Positions 1-13,696 of a stretch of DNA of 64,000 nucleotides are shown here, piece after piece. The notes under the pieces are model-generated. The model had not been told where the DNA came from. It saw only the letters and a list, made by a program, of their open reading frames with translations, and made no database searches. The position numbers were made by a program, and so were the translations under genes. Source of the DNA: Catajapyx aquilonaris (lineage: Eukaryota); NCBI GenBank assembly GCA_000934665.2, contig KZ538431.1, positions 1-64,000 on the forward strand, written 5' to 3'. How positions within the stretch are numbered: position 1 is the stretch's first letter; the number at the start of each line of letters is the position of its first letter.

Positions 1-3000
1 CCTCCTAACTAGTCCAAACAAATCCCTGAGGTCAATTCTTGCCGTCCCGTCATTTCCGTCTACACCCCCTTTTTGAGCATTCATTGCCTGGACTAATTTT
101 GTAATAACGGCAACACAAAGCCTTACGTACAGTTTTACCACATTGGGACCACGAATAATTCATTGGGTTGCATGTACAGTAGGCCTACACATAGGCCTGA
201 TTGTGTGTGCACACACACGTATGACCCAGAGATAAGAAAGAAAGCGACTTGCATTTTTTTGGTTACTCTCTTGTATACACTGCATTGCGCTGTCTGTACA
301 TTTCAAATCATGCTAAATTATTTACCAATTTCGCCGGCGCAGCAGCGTATAGCCACTTTCTGGTTTGGGTGAGTTTACGTATTATTCTACAAGTAATACA
401 AAACACGCGATACGAAATAGTTCAAATGAATGGGTAAAGATATATAATCAAGATTACAGGGTACTGCTCTTTTTGCAGGTTGTCATTCACTTTATCGCTA
501 ACAACAAGAAGAGCGCAATTTTCAGCATTAGGTCATTAAATATACACTGTTTTTATGTATTAAATGTATGAAATTAGGTCAACTGTTTGTGCACATGTTA
601 ATGTCATATACGTAATGGCAGACTTTCCTCCTGTAGGATAGTACTCTAATTTAGAAAAGACCGGCTCCTGCCTGGAACTTCTCACACATCATATATGGGC
701 TTTGAAAAATGTTCTGCGTGTGTGTCCTCATGCCCAAACTATATAGGACACAGACACACAGTTTGGGAAACTGGACTGTAGTGAATCATCAACGACTGAC
801 TTTTCATTGCTTTCGGAGTTCACTTCCCGGCAGCACCAATATCTTTCCAAACGTATGGCAACAATATCTGCGATTTATAACTTGCTATACTCTTGTATTG
901 TTTCTCATGGTTCTCATGGTGTGTTAAATCCTTCACACCCATTTCACCAAAAGGCATTGGCATCAAGTATAGTGTTATCGTATCACATAGCGTCATATAC
1001 GTTGTGTATTAGAGTTAATGATTTGATAAAGATTAAGTTATAAAAAGCTATTGTGAATTACAAAATCAATGCGGAAAACATCAAGGGATTGTTTTTTTAG
1101 TCCCGGAAACATTGGCAGAATCTCTCATTGCGATTTAGTTGCAAGCCCGCAAGGCCTACAGTACAATATATTCGCGTTTCAAAATGAAAACACTGTGTGT
1201 AGTTCAAGTGTATTCAGGGTGTCTCAGGTTCAATTATCGTCACGGAAAATAATCGAGGAAACGACGCATAAAATACTGCAAAAATGCACACATACGTACA
1301 CACATCTTTGCGACAAAAAGGTCATTGAAAGAATATTTATGAAGATGCGCAACACACTCAGCAGTTTTGAGGATAGTTGCTCACTCACAGAATTTAGAAA
1401 AGCAGTACAAAAAGGTAGGCCGAACGGACGTCCCTGCGGATATAAACGGTAAAAAGTTAGACAATTTTTCTGAATATTCCGGCCTAACAATATTGATGAA
1501 TAACAGTCACATTAGCTATATGTTCTAAGCATAACATCTGAAATATTAACTGTTACTACTGCCCGCATATTTAGCGGTTCTGAAGATGTCTATACTGCAT
1601 TGAGCTACACAATGCAATGTTAACTGATTCAAACTACTTTGCCTTTTAAATCGATATGCTTGTAGTCGCGCTAAAACCTCTGGATAGACCTACTGTGCAG
1701 TGTGCTGTCCACAGTTTTAAGTAGAAATTTTGAGGATCGGGCCGAGAAGACATAACCGAAAATCCTTTCCCCGCCGCCCCGCTCGCCGAGAGCCCTGCAA
1801 TTGGGGGAATAAGCCCGTAAAGCAAGGAAACTGCTGCCAATTTGAAAAGTGCACTGCTTGCCATAACCGTCAAACGGTACGGTTTTCAGGAGCGGAGGGT
1901 TTTGGGTGGGGGGGATGGTGTGGTGCCGACTAAAAACACTTCGCACCATCCGGCCTGGTGCTGTAGAATATGTATTAAAAAATGGGAAGAAGAAGAAGAA
2001 AAAACGAAAGACTGGGGAGGTGAACATCAGGCGCAGGCCGGAATGGATTATGCATATGGCCAAGGAGACGCCGAGAGAAACTAAGCCTTTCCGTACCATT
2101 TCATTAATTACAGAAAAGTCATTTCGGCGTCGTAAACCGCCTTCCCCCTGTTTAAATTTACATAAGTGCACATTCTTTCATCTGCATATTAGTCTGGAGG
2201 TCTAAATATTCCACCGGAAATCCTCTGGTGTCTCTCCCCCCCCCCCTCCCACTCCATCCCTTGCAAACTATATAGCTTCCATATAGTATAGCACCAACCA
2301 AGGAGACCTCGCCATCAGGCATTCAGAACTCCTATGAATGCATTAAACGCAAACCGAGATAACGCAGTAGAAAATGCCATGTTAATTTGCAAGATATGTG
2401 GAGATATATGAATGCAAAATAAGGTTGAAATTGTCGCCAACGCAAAGTTTCCTCCCAAGGGCATGGTCTAATTTCGAATGCACGGGTTGCGTTGCCAGCA
2501 GTCCTCTGCTAAATTCATTAACAGGCTCAAAAATGTTCCGAGTTTCTGGCTTGCCCGTTTTCTCATTGCATCTAATTTTTAAAACTTTTGTCACTCATTT
2601 AGTTCATTACTGCATTCTCACCCGGGCTGGGGTAATTTGTGTCGCGGAGAGGGAATAGGCCGGGAGGGGTGGTAGCTTTTTGGAGGGGGGGGGGGGGAGC
2701 TTNGGGAAAGTGACTGGGGGAACCAGAAAATAACTATATATATGCAGCTGGTTCGCATATTTTTAACCAGCATTTTAATTGCGATACATAACCATATTTA
2801 TACACTGCTGAAACACTGCGAAAAATTAAGAGTCGCCTTGGAGCCCCCGGGTGACCCACAACAACTGTCTGGGAAAAAAACAAACAAACAAACAAACAAA
2901 AAGAGTTGGGGTTGCTGCAGGGGCCGCGCATTCGAAACGACGTCGTTTGGACCTGGTCGTCTAATAACATGCGTTTCAAGTGTACGTAAATCACACCTGG

Positions 3001-3713
3001 TTTGCTCATTTCTGCGTCCATTTGGTCTGCGGATGAATTTGAAATACCCACTGCTAGGGCCGGGGTGGATATTGCGCTTGGGGAGAAAGATGGGGGCAAA
3101 ATGGACTTTGTTTTCAGTGGGAGGGGGGTTGGCGAAATGGCGAATATGAGGAAAGCCATAGCTAGGCCCAAGAATGTCATATGCAAGGGCGATATACGAG
3201 GGGTCGTTAATTATGTATCGCCGGGCTTGCGTATATTATTCCGGAGAGGTCAACTTGGGTCCGACTCTGGCCGTACCGGAAAGGCCGGGCAGGGAATGCC
3301 CCCGGATCGTAAATGGGCAAGAACCGCAGTTGTTTTGGAAAACGCCAAGGATGTATTATAACAGCGGTCTCATTTGGGGGGGGCTTTATGTTGTGATGGC
3401 CAAGTTTGTGCAGCCCAGAGTCGGATATGGTTTTGCACCGCGGGGGATTTGGAGTGGGGGAAAACTCGGTGGCCACTCTCTGTTCTTTGCACCACCTTTA
3501 CTTTCCACTTTTAGTACTTTTCCGGAGGGGTAACCCGCATTGCCCTGTTGGGTCAACAGGGAATTAAACTGCTGGAGACGGGAATTACATGCGCACTAGA
3601 AAAACCCTCGCTTCGCTCGCAATTAAGGGCACAGGCCAGCCACTCGCTTTTTTTCTAGGCCTGTGGCTTGCGGTGGTGGAGTACATGTTAATTCCCCTCC
3701 CCCATATCAGTTG

Positions 3714-4282
3714 GACATCCTAGAATGAACATCTGAAACCTCCCATACTTTTCAAGCTTCCATGGAAATGACCTCAACAGTATGGGTAGACAGTGTCAAC
3801 AAAGTGTGATGAGGCCAATCGGAAGCGTCGCGGTAACAACGGTGGACCAATAAGAAGTACTTCTGATTTGTCCATCTTGCGTTTCTATGGAAATAGTAGC
3901 CGGCTATGACGTCACGGTCGACTCCGATTGGATGCAGCCATAAGGCCTGCACTACTCCAGCCAATCGGAGTCGACCGTGATGTCAGAGCCGGCCACTATT
4001 TCCATAGGAACGCAAGATGGCGGCATCCATATAGGACACGTAAACAGTCCAGCCATTCAGAGACGACGTGAAGTCAGAAGTTGGCGACTCTCTGACTCGA
4101 AGTTCTCTACCTCATCTAAGTTATAGTCAAAAGACATCCTAAAATGCACTTCTAGAACCTCCCACCTTTCAAGTTCCACGGTAATGACCTCAACAATATG
4201 AGTAAAACAGCTGGCAGCGAAAAGATCACTGTTTACTCGTATTGTTGTGTAATGGGGCCAATCGCAATATGAGGTGGACCAA
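3714..4282. repeat. Diverged direct duplication (copy 1 at 3714-3850, copy 2 at 4133-4282) flanking a long hairpin
   Basis: GACATCCTAGAATGAACATCTGAAACCTCCCA...TGACCTCAACAGTATG at 3714 aligns with GACATCCTAAAATGCACTTCTAGAACCTCCCA...TGACCTCAACAATATG at 4133 (offset 419). Both copies continue through GGCCAATCG...GGTGGACCAA. Confidence 0.8.
3872..4020. repeat. Long inverted repeat (60-bp arms, 29-nt loop), probably a foldback or MITE-derived element
   Basis: 3872-3931 matches the reverse complement of 3961-4020 at 56/60 positions with no gaps. Confidence 0.9.
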
Positions 4283-5146
4283 CACGAATAGGATTTTAAT
4301 ATTACATGTTTGGCTCTCTAATCATCTGACAGGTTTCATAACCTGAGCATGTCTCGACTCACCTGATAGCAGCCCAGTTTTTTGCTTCAACAACCAGTGT
4401 TATCGCTCTATGCCCCCTTCCTATATCAAAAAAAGCGAGGAGTGGTTTTTGGCTGCCGTCTCCCGGTATCCCTTGCAACGCAAAATCCCATTATCCCCGT
4501 GTTCGACAGCATCGGGAAGGCTCGGTAATGACGGTAGAAATCATGGCAGGGCTCGCCTTTAACCCTTGGCTGTGCAACACCCCCCCCCCCCNCCCCCCCC
4601 CCCCCCAACCCAACCAGCAACCCCCTCCCACCCTTTTCCCGGAGAGCGCTAGACGCGCGTATAATTGAGTTTGGAAGGCGAATCACCCCGTGTCCCTAAA
4701 GACCCTTGACAATATCTGCCCGTTAAAACTCGCACCCGGAATGGCTTGCCACAACCAGGCCACAAGGGGATGTCAAGGAGCAAAGGGGAGAGGCGAGGCA
4801 GGGCTTCCGTTAATAGTATTTGATCGGCCTGCGCCAAGAGACACCTTCCTCTCTCCCTCCCCATCTACCCCACCCACACCCCCACATTGGCTGCCTCACC
4901 TCTCCTGCATATAGACCTAAATGCCATTGCTCCACATGCACCAAACACGTCATGCCCCACTTATTTACTACAGGGTGTCTATTATGGGGAAGAATTCAAA
5001 TGTGGGAAGTGTCGACTTGTTGTATAAAAATGACTGAATGGGAACAACAATCATCGTGCATGTTCATATGGGAATATCTTTATGCAAATTTGAATTATTG
5101 ACGGACAGTTTGGCTGTAGAATGAGGAAAAGTGCTATTGAGCTTAT

Positions 5147-5396
5147 CCTGTAAGTCTTGCAACCTATGCGCCTCTCTTGGCTTACGGATTGCTGTACTTC
5201 AGGGGCTAACTGCGGACATAGTCGCCTCGAGTCGGTTATGTACGGACATGATTATAGTAGTGAGGATAATACTAGTAAAGTGACAGTGAGTTTAACAAGT
5301 GTAACGAGAGGCCTCCTAGCGATATTATTTTCAGAGTCGACTAACACTGCACATTCCGCCAAGAGCATATCCCTTCACGGCTCGACTCGAGAGACT
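5147..5396. repeat. Degenerate composite of short palindromic dispersed repeats
   Basis: AACCTATGCGCCTCTCT (5161-5177) recurs exactly at 44545-44561, and both are followed by ACTT(A)CAGGGGC. AGTCGCCTCGAGTCG (5220) pairs imperfectly with CGACTCGAGAGACT (5383-5396). Confidence 0.45.
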
Positions 5397-6419
5397 TGAA
5401 TGCCCTGGTGGGAAATGAAAACCACCTACAAGTACTCTGTACAGAGACACCAAACCCTGCTTGCTGCGTCACCGCACTCGCGATGCGTAAACCCAATTAT
5501 GACACATTTAGAAAATCTGCTGCAATCAGGCAACCCCTTGACTGATTAGAATTTTTTTTTATTATAGCGGCTGTGCATGGCTGGTCGGATTCTGATGGGT
5601 TGGCTATACACATTTTATATATAGGGGAGGCGGGGTTGATTGCAGAAAGATAGAGAGGCAACTAGTGGCAAGATTTTCAAGTCGAGTGCACGTGTTGAAT
5701 GGGGCGGGACACGGTGTGGAAATAAGCGTAATTCAAGTCGCCGGCTTCACAAAAGGGCCCTTCTCGTGTTTCATTCGTTCTGCTGGCCTGCCTGACGCGT
5801 CCCAATGCGTTTTGTCCCAATACGTTTTTCCCTTCCTTTATTATCCGCCTAATTTCGAGGGAGGGGACCGGGCTTAATAAAGCGGAGGTGATTGCATTTG
5901 ATGTTTAATCTCGCTCCCATTTCCCGACTTATCTGGCCCCGCTTGGATTGAAAAGCTTTCCCTTCAAGGATTGGACGTACAAGCATATATATACTGTACA
6001 AAAATCATGACTTTTTTCCTCTCTCCCCGTTGATCTATGAAGCTCTTTTTGGAGTCGAGTCGTGTCGACTCACTTATCGCCATCAATCTTGTTTGCTTAG
6101 CCAATAAGCTCCGGTCATTATGGGCTCACGTGACCTGTATAAGATTGTGCCGAGGAGAGGGGGGGGGGAAAAGATCATTGCCTCGGATTGTTTGCACAGG
6201 CTTTACGAGGGATTCTGGAGATATTTTTACTAATGGACCCTTCGGGGTGATAATGAAGGGACGATGAGTTGATGGGAGGGTAGTTTTATACGATAAACGA
6301 GAGAGAGAGAGAGACTTTCCAACTTAATTATTTGGCAGTCTGTAATTCATTTGTTGCTTATTTGATGGCATGTGATTTATACTACCAGAGGGGAAAGCAG
6401 ATCTTTAGGTCAAACCAAG

Positions 6420-6548
6420 ATCTTGGGTGAAGTCCATAATCATTGTTATGGGATCTCACCCAATATCAATGTACAAAAAGCGATTAATAAGTTATATCAA
6501 TGTACAAGCAAGCCAGTAATATATTAATAGCTTGTTTGTACATTGATA
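6420..6548. repeat. Two adjacent AT-rich hairpins
   Basis: TTGGGTGAAGTCCATAA pairs with TTATGGGATCTCACCCAA (6423-6463). TATCAATGTACAAGCAAGC pairs with GCTTGTTTGTACATTGATA (6495-6548, 18/19). ATATCAATGTACAA also occurs as a direct repeat at 6463 and 6494. Confidence 0.7.
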
Positions 6549-9500
6549 AGTTTGCACAAATGTAATTTATTGCATACTTGAGATTATCCGCTGTTTTAGA
6601 TGTAGGCTACTCAATGATTTCTGCAAATGTCAACAAATTAAAATTGAATTTTTAATAAAATAGCTTCATATCCGTTGTACATGTAAACTGTGGTTTTTTT
6701 GTGCATTTTAGGTCGACATGAGTTCAAGAATCATGATGTAACACAGCCTTAATCAGCCATTGTGTTTAATGACAATGTAAGTTATTACCAACCATATTAT
6801 TAACGCAAGTTATGTGTGATGTATTACGTTAGAGTCAACGAGCTAATTTGTGCAGGACATTCTCATGTGGAATGTAGGACACCCAGCGTAAATAATTCCG
6901 CTACATTAATATTTCACGTGTTTATGAGTTGCATTCCCGCGGGGAAGACCTGCACAAACTAAGTTTGAGGCAGAACCCTGCATATTTTAGACACGAATGC
7001 AATTAATGTGCATAACAAAGCCGGGCCTTTTTCCTCTCTCTCTCTCAAAAAAAGAGCCGCCCTCTTCTCTTTTCCCCTATGCCAGACATCTGGAAACCTG
7101 GTGAATCACACCGCCATTTAAATAGGACCCAATTAGTGATCGACTCCTGGAGTTAAAAATGACCTGCTCACAACGATGCAACAGGATACTTTGAAGTGTG
7201 CTTTGTCATTATTCCGAACCCCCCTCTAACCTTTATTCCTCTGCACGTAACAGATGCGGACTGGTCGAAAAATAAGCTCAGTTGCGGATATCAAGTTCAA
7301 CATGTTCCCATTTTTCCTACTCCCTTTTATTATACAGAAACAAGTTGTTATGAAGAGGGGGGGGGGGGNCAAGAAATAAATCATGCGTGTTCGGAAAGGG
7401 ACGTTTATGGGCCTCTGATTCACGGGACACTAACGACGTCCGATTGGGAAAGAGGAGTGAGGCAGCAGAGAGGGGGTTGGTATATTATAGAGGGGGGGGA
7501 GGTCACTTTTCGACCTCATCGTCGCCCGATTGTTGACTGTGGCCCTTCCCCCGATTAGCTTGGGCATCGTAAAACAGCAGGGGATTTCTTTCCACCGATT
7601 CGATTAGCCTTTTGTCACGAATCAGGACAAGCGAGAAGAGAAAAAATAAGTGTGGCACCAATTGCTCCCCCCCCCCCCAGCCTTCTAGTTAACCATGGCT
7701 CTAATTGGGTACAATCGATATGTTTATAAAAAAGGAGAGTTAATTATCAATGCTGAATCATCCAGCAAATGGTGTTGATTTGCACGCGACTAACTATATG
7801 GCGGGTGCTGGAAACAAAAATTAAGCATTAAAATTGAATGTGGACCCCCGTTTTCCAGCAGCTACTATTTTTTATTTAATTCCAGGAGCCTCCTTTTGCT
7901 GGGCTACGATTCATTTGGGAGTTATTCCCATAACAATACCCATGCGCCCTACCCAAATGAAATAATGTTCAAGCCAAAGGATGTGCCTGTGACGTCCCTC
8001 CTCTTTGTATGTGTGTATTATACCGCGCCATGCAAAAAAAGAGGGGGGGGGGAGGCCTTTTTATTATTTACAGGTTGAATGCGAATAGTGTCATTCTGAG
8101 AGGATAATAGTAAATTAGGCTCACAACTTCAGGGGTCCAAATGAAATTAGTTGCAGGGTTTTAGCCCGGAGAATAAGGGTTTTGTTGTGCTGCAGCTTTT
8201 CGTGCTCCCGGAATATTATTTTGAGCAGAAAGTTGCACCAAATAGTGAAACCGAATAGGTATATATTTTTTCCCCCTCCTAGTCTTTGAAAGTCCGAATG
8301 TTGCGTCGCGTCTCCTCCAGTGCGGCTCTGGGAAAACCGCAATTTATCTATCCGCTCGAAAATTACGACCCGAGCTGCAAAGTGGAACTGAACTTTTCAC
8401 AGTATTTCGCAATTATTGGCATTACCTCCCGGATGTGGCTTCCAGTAACTTATTTCGAAAGAAAAAAAGAGGGGGGTTTGTAAATCACATTATTCTTGCT
8501 GTGCACACAGGCAATTAGTGTCCGCAAGACTTGTATTTTCGGCGTCTTCGCCTTTTTTTAAATCATCCGTGCCTCATCTTTTACTGAGAGCTAATGCGCT
8601 CATGCAAATGGGCCGCAATTTTGCAGGAGTCTTCTTCCTCAATTTGTGCCGAGTCAAAGGGTGAAGACGGTGAGAAATCGGATAAGAAAGCGGCAGCGCG
8701 AGGAACTTGTCGCCATATTTGTTTCCCTCCCGGCGGAAGGCTGTCATCTGAAAAGCATGGCCCTTTCTCTGATTCCGAAAACGGCTCGTCTGTAATTAAG
8801 AGCATAAGGGGATATGTATATATATGGAGGTAGAGGGGGGGAAGCTGAGATATGCACGCGGAAAAGCCCTCAGGCAAAACAACACTGCGTTAATCCTGAT
8901 TAATGGCGTGGGCCGTATGTATATAAAGCTTGGTGCTGGGGAGGAAATGTCTGAAGGAGACACCGTCGCTTTAGTGCCCAGTGGACCATTGTCGTCCGAG
9001 CAACATAAGCAAAAAACCACACAGACCACTCTCAGAAAACACACACATACACACCCACACACAAAAAAAGAGAGAGGGTACAAAAAGTTCAAAAAGTAAA
9101 AATGAGGCCAGAGAGCCAGAGCCAGCTTCGTTCATCTCGGACTGATGAGGAATGCTGCATCCTCTCTCGTGCGAATGGTACCCAAGAGACAAAAGAGAGA
9201 AGGGAGGGTAGGAAAGGGAGAGGGGGGAGAGGGAGAGGGATTCATTCGATACCGTCATGTCGTCCACTCTCTAAGGACTAATCAGCTCCGACTACATTAC
9301 AAACTAATTATACTGTTGATTGCATGCTGATGTATGACCTTCTTCTTTTCTACCCTCTCTCTGTTTTAAGGGGGGGTGGATAGTAAAAGTAGGTGTATAT
9401 ACAAGAGGGGGGGGAGGGAAGCTTTGTGGAGATAAGAGCATAACCTACCCAAGTCCCTCCCTAATTATGACACCATGGCCCACGCCCCATTGTGGCCCCA

Positions 9501-12500
9501 AACAGACCTACGGCCCCCTTTGGTGTACACACACATATCGAGTAAACAGAACCTGGGTTTCCATTGTCTGGAGAAAGTTTTGAAGGTGGTGGTGGTGGGG
9601 AGAACTATACACTTTTTCAGGGGGGAAAAAACCACCATCTCGTGCGACAAAGAGATGTTTCCCGAGGAACCCATGGCCTTATCAGTATTCAGGCTTTCCT
9701 GATAGGACCTCATCCAAAATTCGCCTCCTTCCATATCGAGTATATTAGGGACAACTTTGGGGAGATTAAAGCCCAGGCAGGGTGGAGCCCCACTTGGAGA
9801 GAAATAGAGAGAGAGAGGGAAACAACTACTATCTTGCCTTTTGCTTATTATATGCGTCTTTCCCATTAGCGAATTATATATTCAAATATTATAAAAAGTG
9901 GCTTTAATCAAGTTAATGTGAGCAATTTTTTCCCCCTCCCCAGCAACTCCCCGAGTCTCTGCCTGAGCCGTCAGACTTTGGGAATTTCCCACGAGAGATT
10001 GAAAGTAGCCACTCGTTCATTACAAAGAGTTCTTTCCGGAGACTTTTAAAAAAGAGCCGGAATTTAATTTGGCGGCGTTAGTGGAGCGGAGGATAACTTT
10101 CCTGGCTGCCACTGCCATTAATTCCGACACCTTGGCACACCAGGCACTGATTTTTTTTCTGCACAATCTTGCAGATAGTTCGAGAAAAAAAATGAGCCTG
10201 GTATGTGCAACATTAGCTGAAATTATTGTACAGGCACATTTGATATGGTGGACGCACATATATACAGGGAATGAATACTGCTAATAATGAAAAGCGTATA
10301 TGAATGGGGAGAGATTATTGATATATTACTGCCAACAAATGGATTTTGCAAAATGAAGTACTGCTATTGCAATTAATATTTAAAATGTGGAGGTTCATTT
10401 GAAAACTCAAATGAGCACCGATGATAAATACACATGACAGGGCACGGTGCATAAAATGGACATAAAAGCACTTTTTTAAAAAATCGCCCGCAAAATAAAT
10501 AATAATAACAGAAGATTAGGGCGGATTCTCTTTGATATAAAAATGTATAGCCTAATTGTACAGTGCTGGTTTAACAATAATTTTCAGGTACTCTTAGCAT
10601 CCAAATTTGTCATATCCGCCGCAGTGCTGTTTCCACTGCGTCTCTATCGTCTTACTTTCCTCCTCTTCCTTTCTTGTGCAGTCTGGCGGTGTCTTTAATG
10701 AAACGCAGTTTATTTCGGGGCTGTTGGCCACCTAATGCTGGGGCGGTTTTGGGCTGCTCGTCGGATAGGAGCTCCATCCCTTAAGATGCCGCGAGTCTTG
10801 CCACCTTTCAATTTGTCACTTCAGTCCCTCAGAGACTCGCGGGACCTGGGTGATGAACGCCGCATTGTTGAAATTCCCCGTTCATCCTCTTCATTATCTG
10901 TGTCATTTGTTCCAGCTCAAACCCACCCCCCCTTTTCCACCTTCCTTCCTTCCTTTCCACCCCCTCAAAACAACACGGTGCCTTTTGCTGCAGGTTTTGC
11001 TATCGGAGCTTTTCTCTCTGCTGCTTTCTTGCTGCCTTTTACCAGACCGCCTCTTTTCTATCGGAAACCTACACTCTCATGTCCCTTGGGTCGATGTCGC
11101 CGCGATGAAACTCCCAATGCCTCTTGGCTCCTTGGATTACAAGCTTTCTGACGCCATCCCCAACCCTAGGTCCACTTTTTTAAAAAGAAAACTGTAGCTA
11201 AAATTCATAGAATGTACCGTACTTTTGAAATATTTTTGACGATGATTATAGTACACTGATTGTCTCGGATCGGACGCAATGCCGGCCAAAATAGTTAGTC
11301 CACAACCGAGCAAATATTAATGTGTGTAGTAGTATCAGGATTAGGTGCCGGGGGACTTGCAAGGATAGGAATCGCAGCCGTGGGTTTATTATTCATAACC
11401 TTTCTTGTAGCTAAATTGTATCACCGTGAGATAAGCGTGTTGAAATTATACCCCGCGTGCTTAAGGGGCTTTGTGTGAGAGAAATTTTAAGTCGATCTGT
11501 TTTCCCTTCTTTTTTTTGTCTCGTTCCGTGCTATTTTGTGTATACAGGGTGAGTCTGAATTGCCGGATATCCAGTGGATACTGTAGATTGGAGCCAAACA
11601 ATTCGAAAATGTAGGGGTGTGAAATGTTGTGAAGCTAACCGTTAGGATTTGAACGACGATTAAAGTGCTTCTTACCCGTGACTTTATCGCCATCTACCTG
11701 TTGGTTTATAACATTCGAGACTTCTTTTTAGCCAATTACACCCTGTCCAATTGACTCGAGTAATCCAGTCCGTGACAGATACTTGATGATCATTAGGCGC
11801 TGGAAATAACGAGGCTAAGGCTTTCGCTTGCATTAGTAGGCGGGTGGTATTACACACTTAACCGGCGTGTATAGATTAACCAAAGCAAGAGGCCCGTCAA
11901 TCTTAACCGGCCATTATTGGGCCAGTTAGCAACTCTGGTGCTTCTTTAGAGTGCAGACGGCGAAGAAGGAAGACTTTGAGTGGCCACAGCCAGAAACGGA
12001 AAACAAATTGACGGCTTAGAGCTAAGAAGTCACAAAGTTCTCTGACTCTGTTCAAGGAAGGGAGGGGGGGGGGTTTGTTGGAAAGGTGGGGGAGTCGTGG
12101 AAGCAAATTGGTTTTGCGAAGGGGGGAAAGAGAGAAGAAAAAAAAGGAAGGAGAAAGAAGATAGATGGGAATTAGTTGGTCACATCTGAAGGCGNGGGGG
12201 GGGAAGCGGATTTTGTGCTGGGGGAGAAGTTTTTCATTATTTTTAATGTATCAACACGGATTTGCTTTAAATGTGGGAGTTGCTTGATTGAAAATAAAAG
12301 GGGAATTGGAGATGAAAAGTGGGATAGGAAATCAGTGTGCTGTACATAGCATTGTTAGTGTATATGACATAATGGCAATTTTTTTGGGGGGAATAAAACC
12401 AGCATTTGGCTTACATAATAGATGCCTTTAAAAAGTGATATTAGGCGTGTAGCGTAACAGCTGAATTTTTCATAACTCGGCACAAAAATGCGCGCATCAC

Positions 12501-13696
12501 ATGCGAACCGTTACAAATGCCAACAGTTGTCATGTTTTTGAAAAATGAGTGGACAGGCTCAAGATGAATAATTGATCTTTGGGAATTGGCTTAATGAAAT
12601 GATGACACCAATCAGTTAACATCGAAGTAATGAGCCGGGAAAAGTCAAAAATTTCGCGCAAAACACCTGTGCCGGCAGCAGCAAACGCGATTTGGAAGGC
12701 TATTATTTCCACTCTGTGTGTGTGTGCTTTCTGGTCCATGGGCTTTTGCTGATCATCTTTCACACAGCCAGGGGTTGAAAGCCCCCCTGCTTTCATTACT
12801 AGGCCCCCCCTCCAAAACAGCCCCACTTGACGTGAACCCGGGGTTGAAATCCGGTAGAAAGGACAATCCGTTTTCCCCACCGCGCAGGAATGACATGTGT
12901 TTGCGGAAATGATACGCGATGGCGGCGATCATACAGCGACAATTATCTGCACTCCCTCGACGTATATACCCTCATGTCATGTGCATATACTGGTTAGGGG
13001 TGTGAGGGGCAGACTGGCTCTTGCACCCAGTTTGTCATCCCCCCCTCTAACCCTGTGCTTCCAACACATTACATATATCCAGGGAAATGGCCTCGCCACA
13101 TATCATTCCGGACCGCACATTCCATATTTCCTCTTCCGGTCGTCGTGCATGATAGCCTTCCGGATTCGCATTTGAATTTGCAATTACGGCTGCCACAAAT
13201 AGAATTAGCCGCTCTCGATTTTCACAATTTAGCACCCGCCCATATTGCCTTTGTCAATATGCTCTTTGTGGCTCTTCCATCATGTGCAATGGGAGGATTG
13301 TTGAATGCGAATAACTCGTTTTGCCACGTATCATGCCGTCAGTGCGTCGCTGGACTATGCGCAAACCTGGCTGGCCTCAGGGCATGGTATGTGCCATGGC
13401 GAGAATGCGAAAATGAGAGTTATTGCGCCTACGTGCTGGTACTGCAACATTATTTGCGGGAAATGTGCAACCGTATCAAATTGTCACCGCCGCTGGCACG
13501 CGCGCATTTTTGTCCAGGACAGTTACGACCGGGGTTTAAAATCAAACACTCCCGCCACATGGTGAAGCATAACGAGACTATTTTAATGCAACATGCCCCG
13601 TAATGTCAACTCAAATTAACCAAAAAATATCTATAATGATGTACTGTGACATTACTACCGGCACACAATTGCAATTGCAACAAACTTGTTTACATT

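Noticed and set aside
3002..3361. Protein-looking 119-aa ORF
   Set aside because: No recognisable family, overlapping ORFs in other frames and no splice context established. Small exons elsewhere in the window cannot be excluded without RNA-seq.
11545..11745. Possible CAGGGTG...CACCCTG MITE (a similar weak case lies at 4971-5150)
   Set aside because: Only 7-8 bp of terminal match and no TA on the right side, which is within chance.
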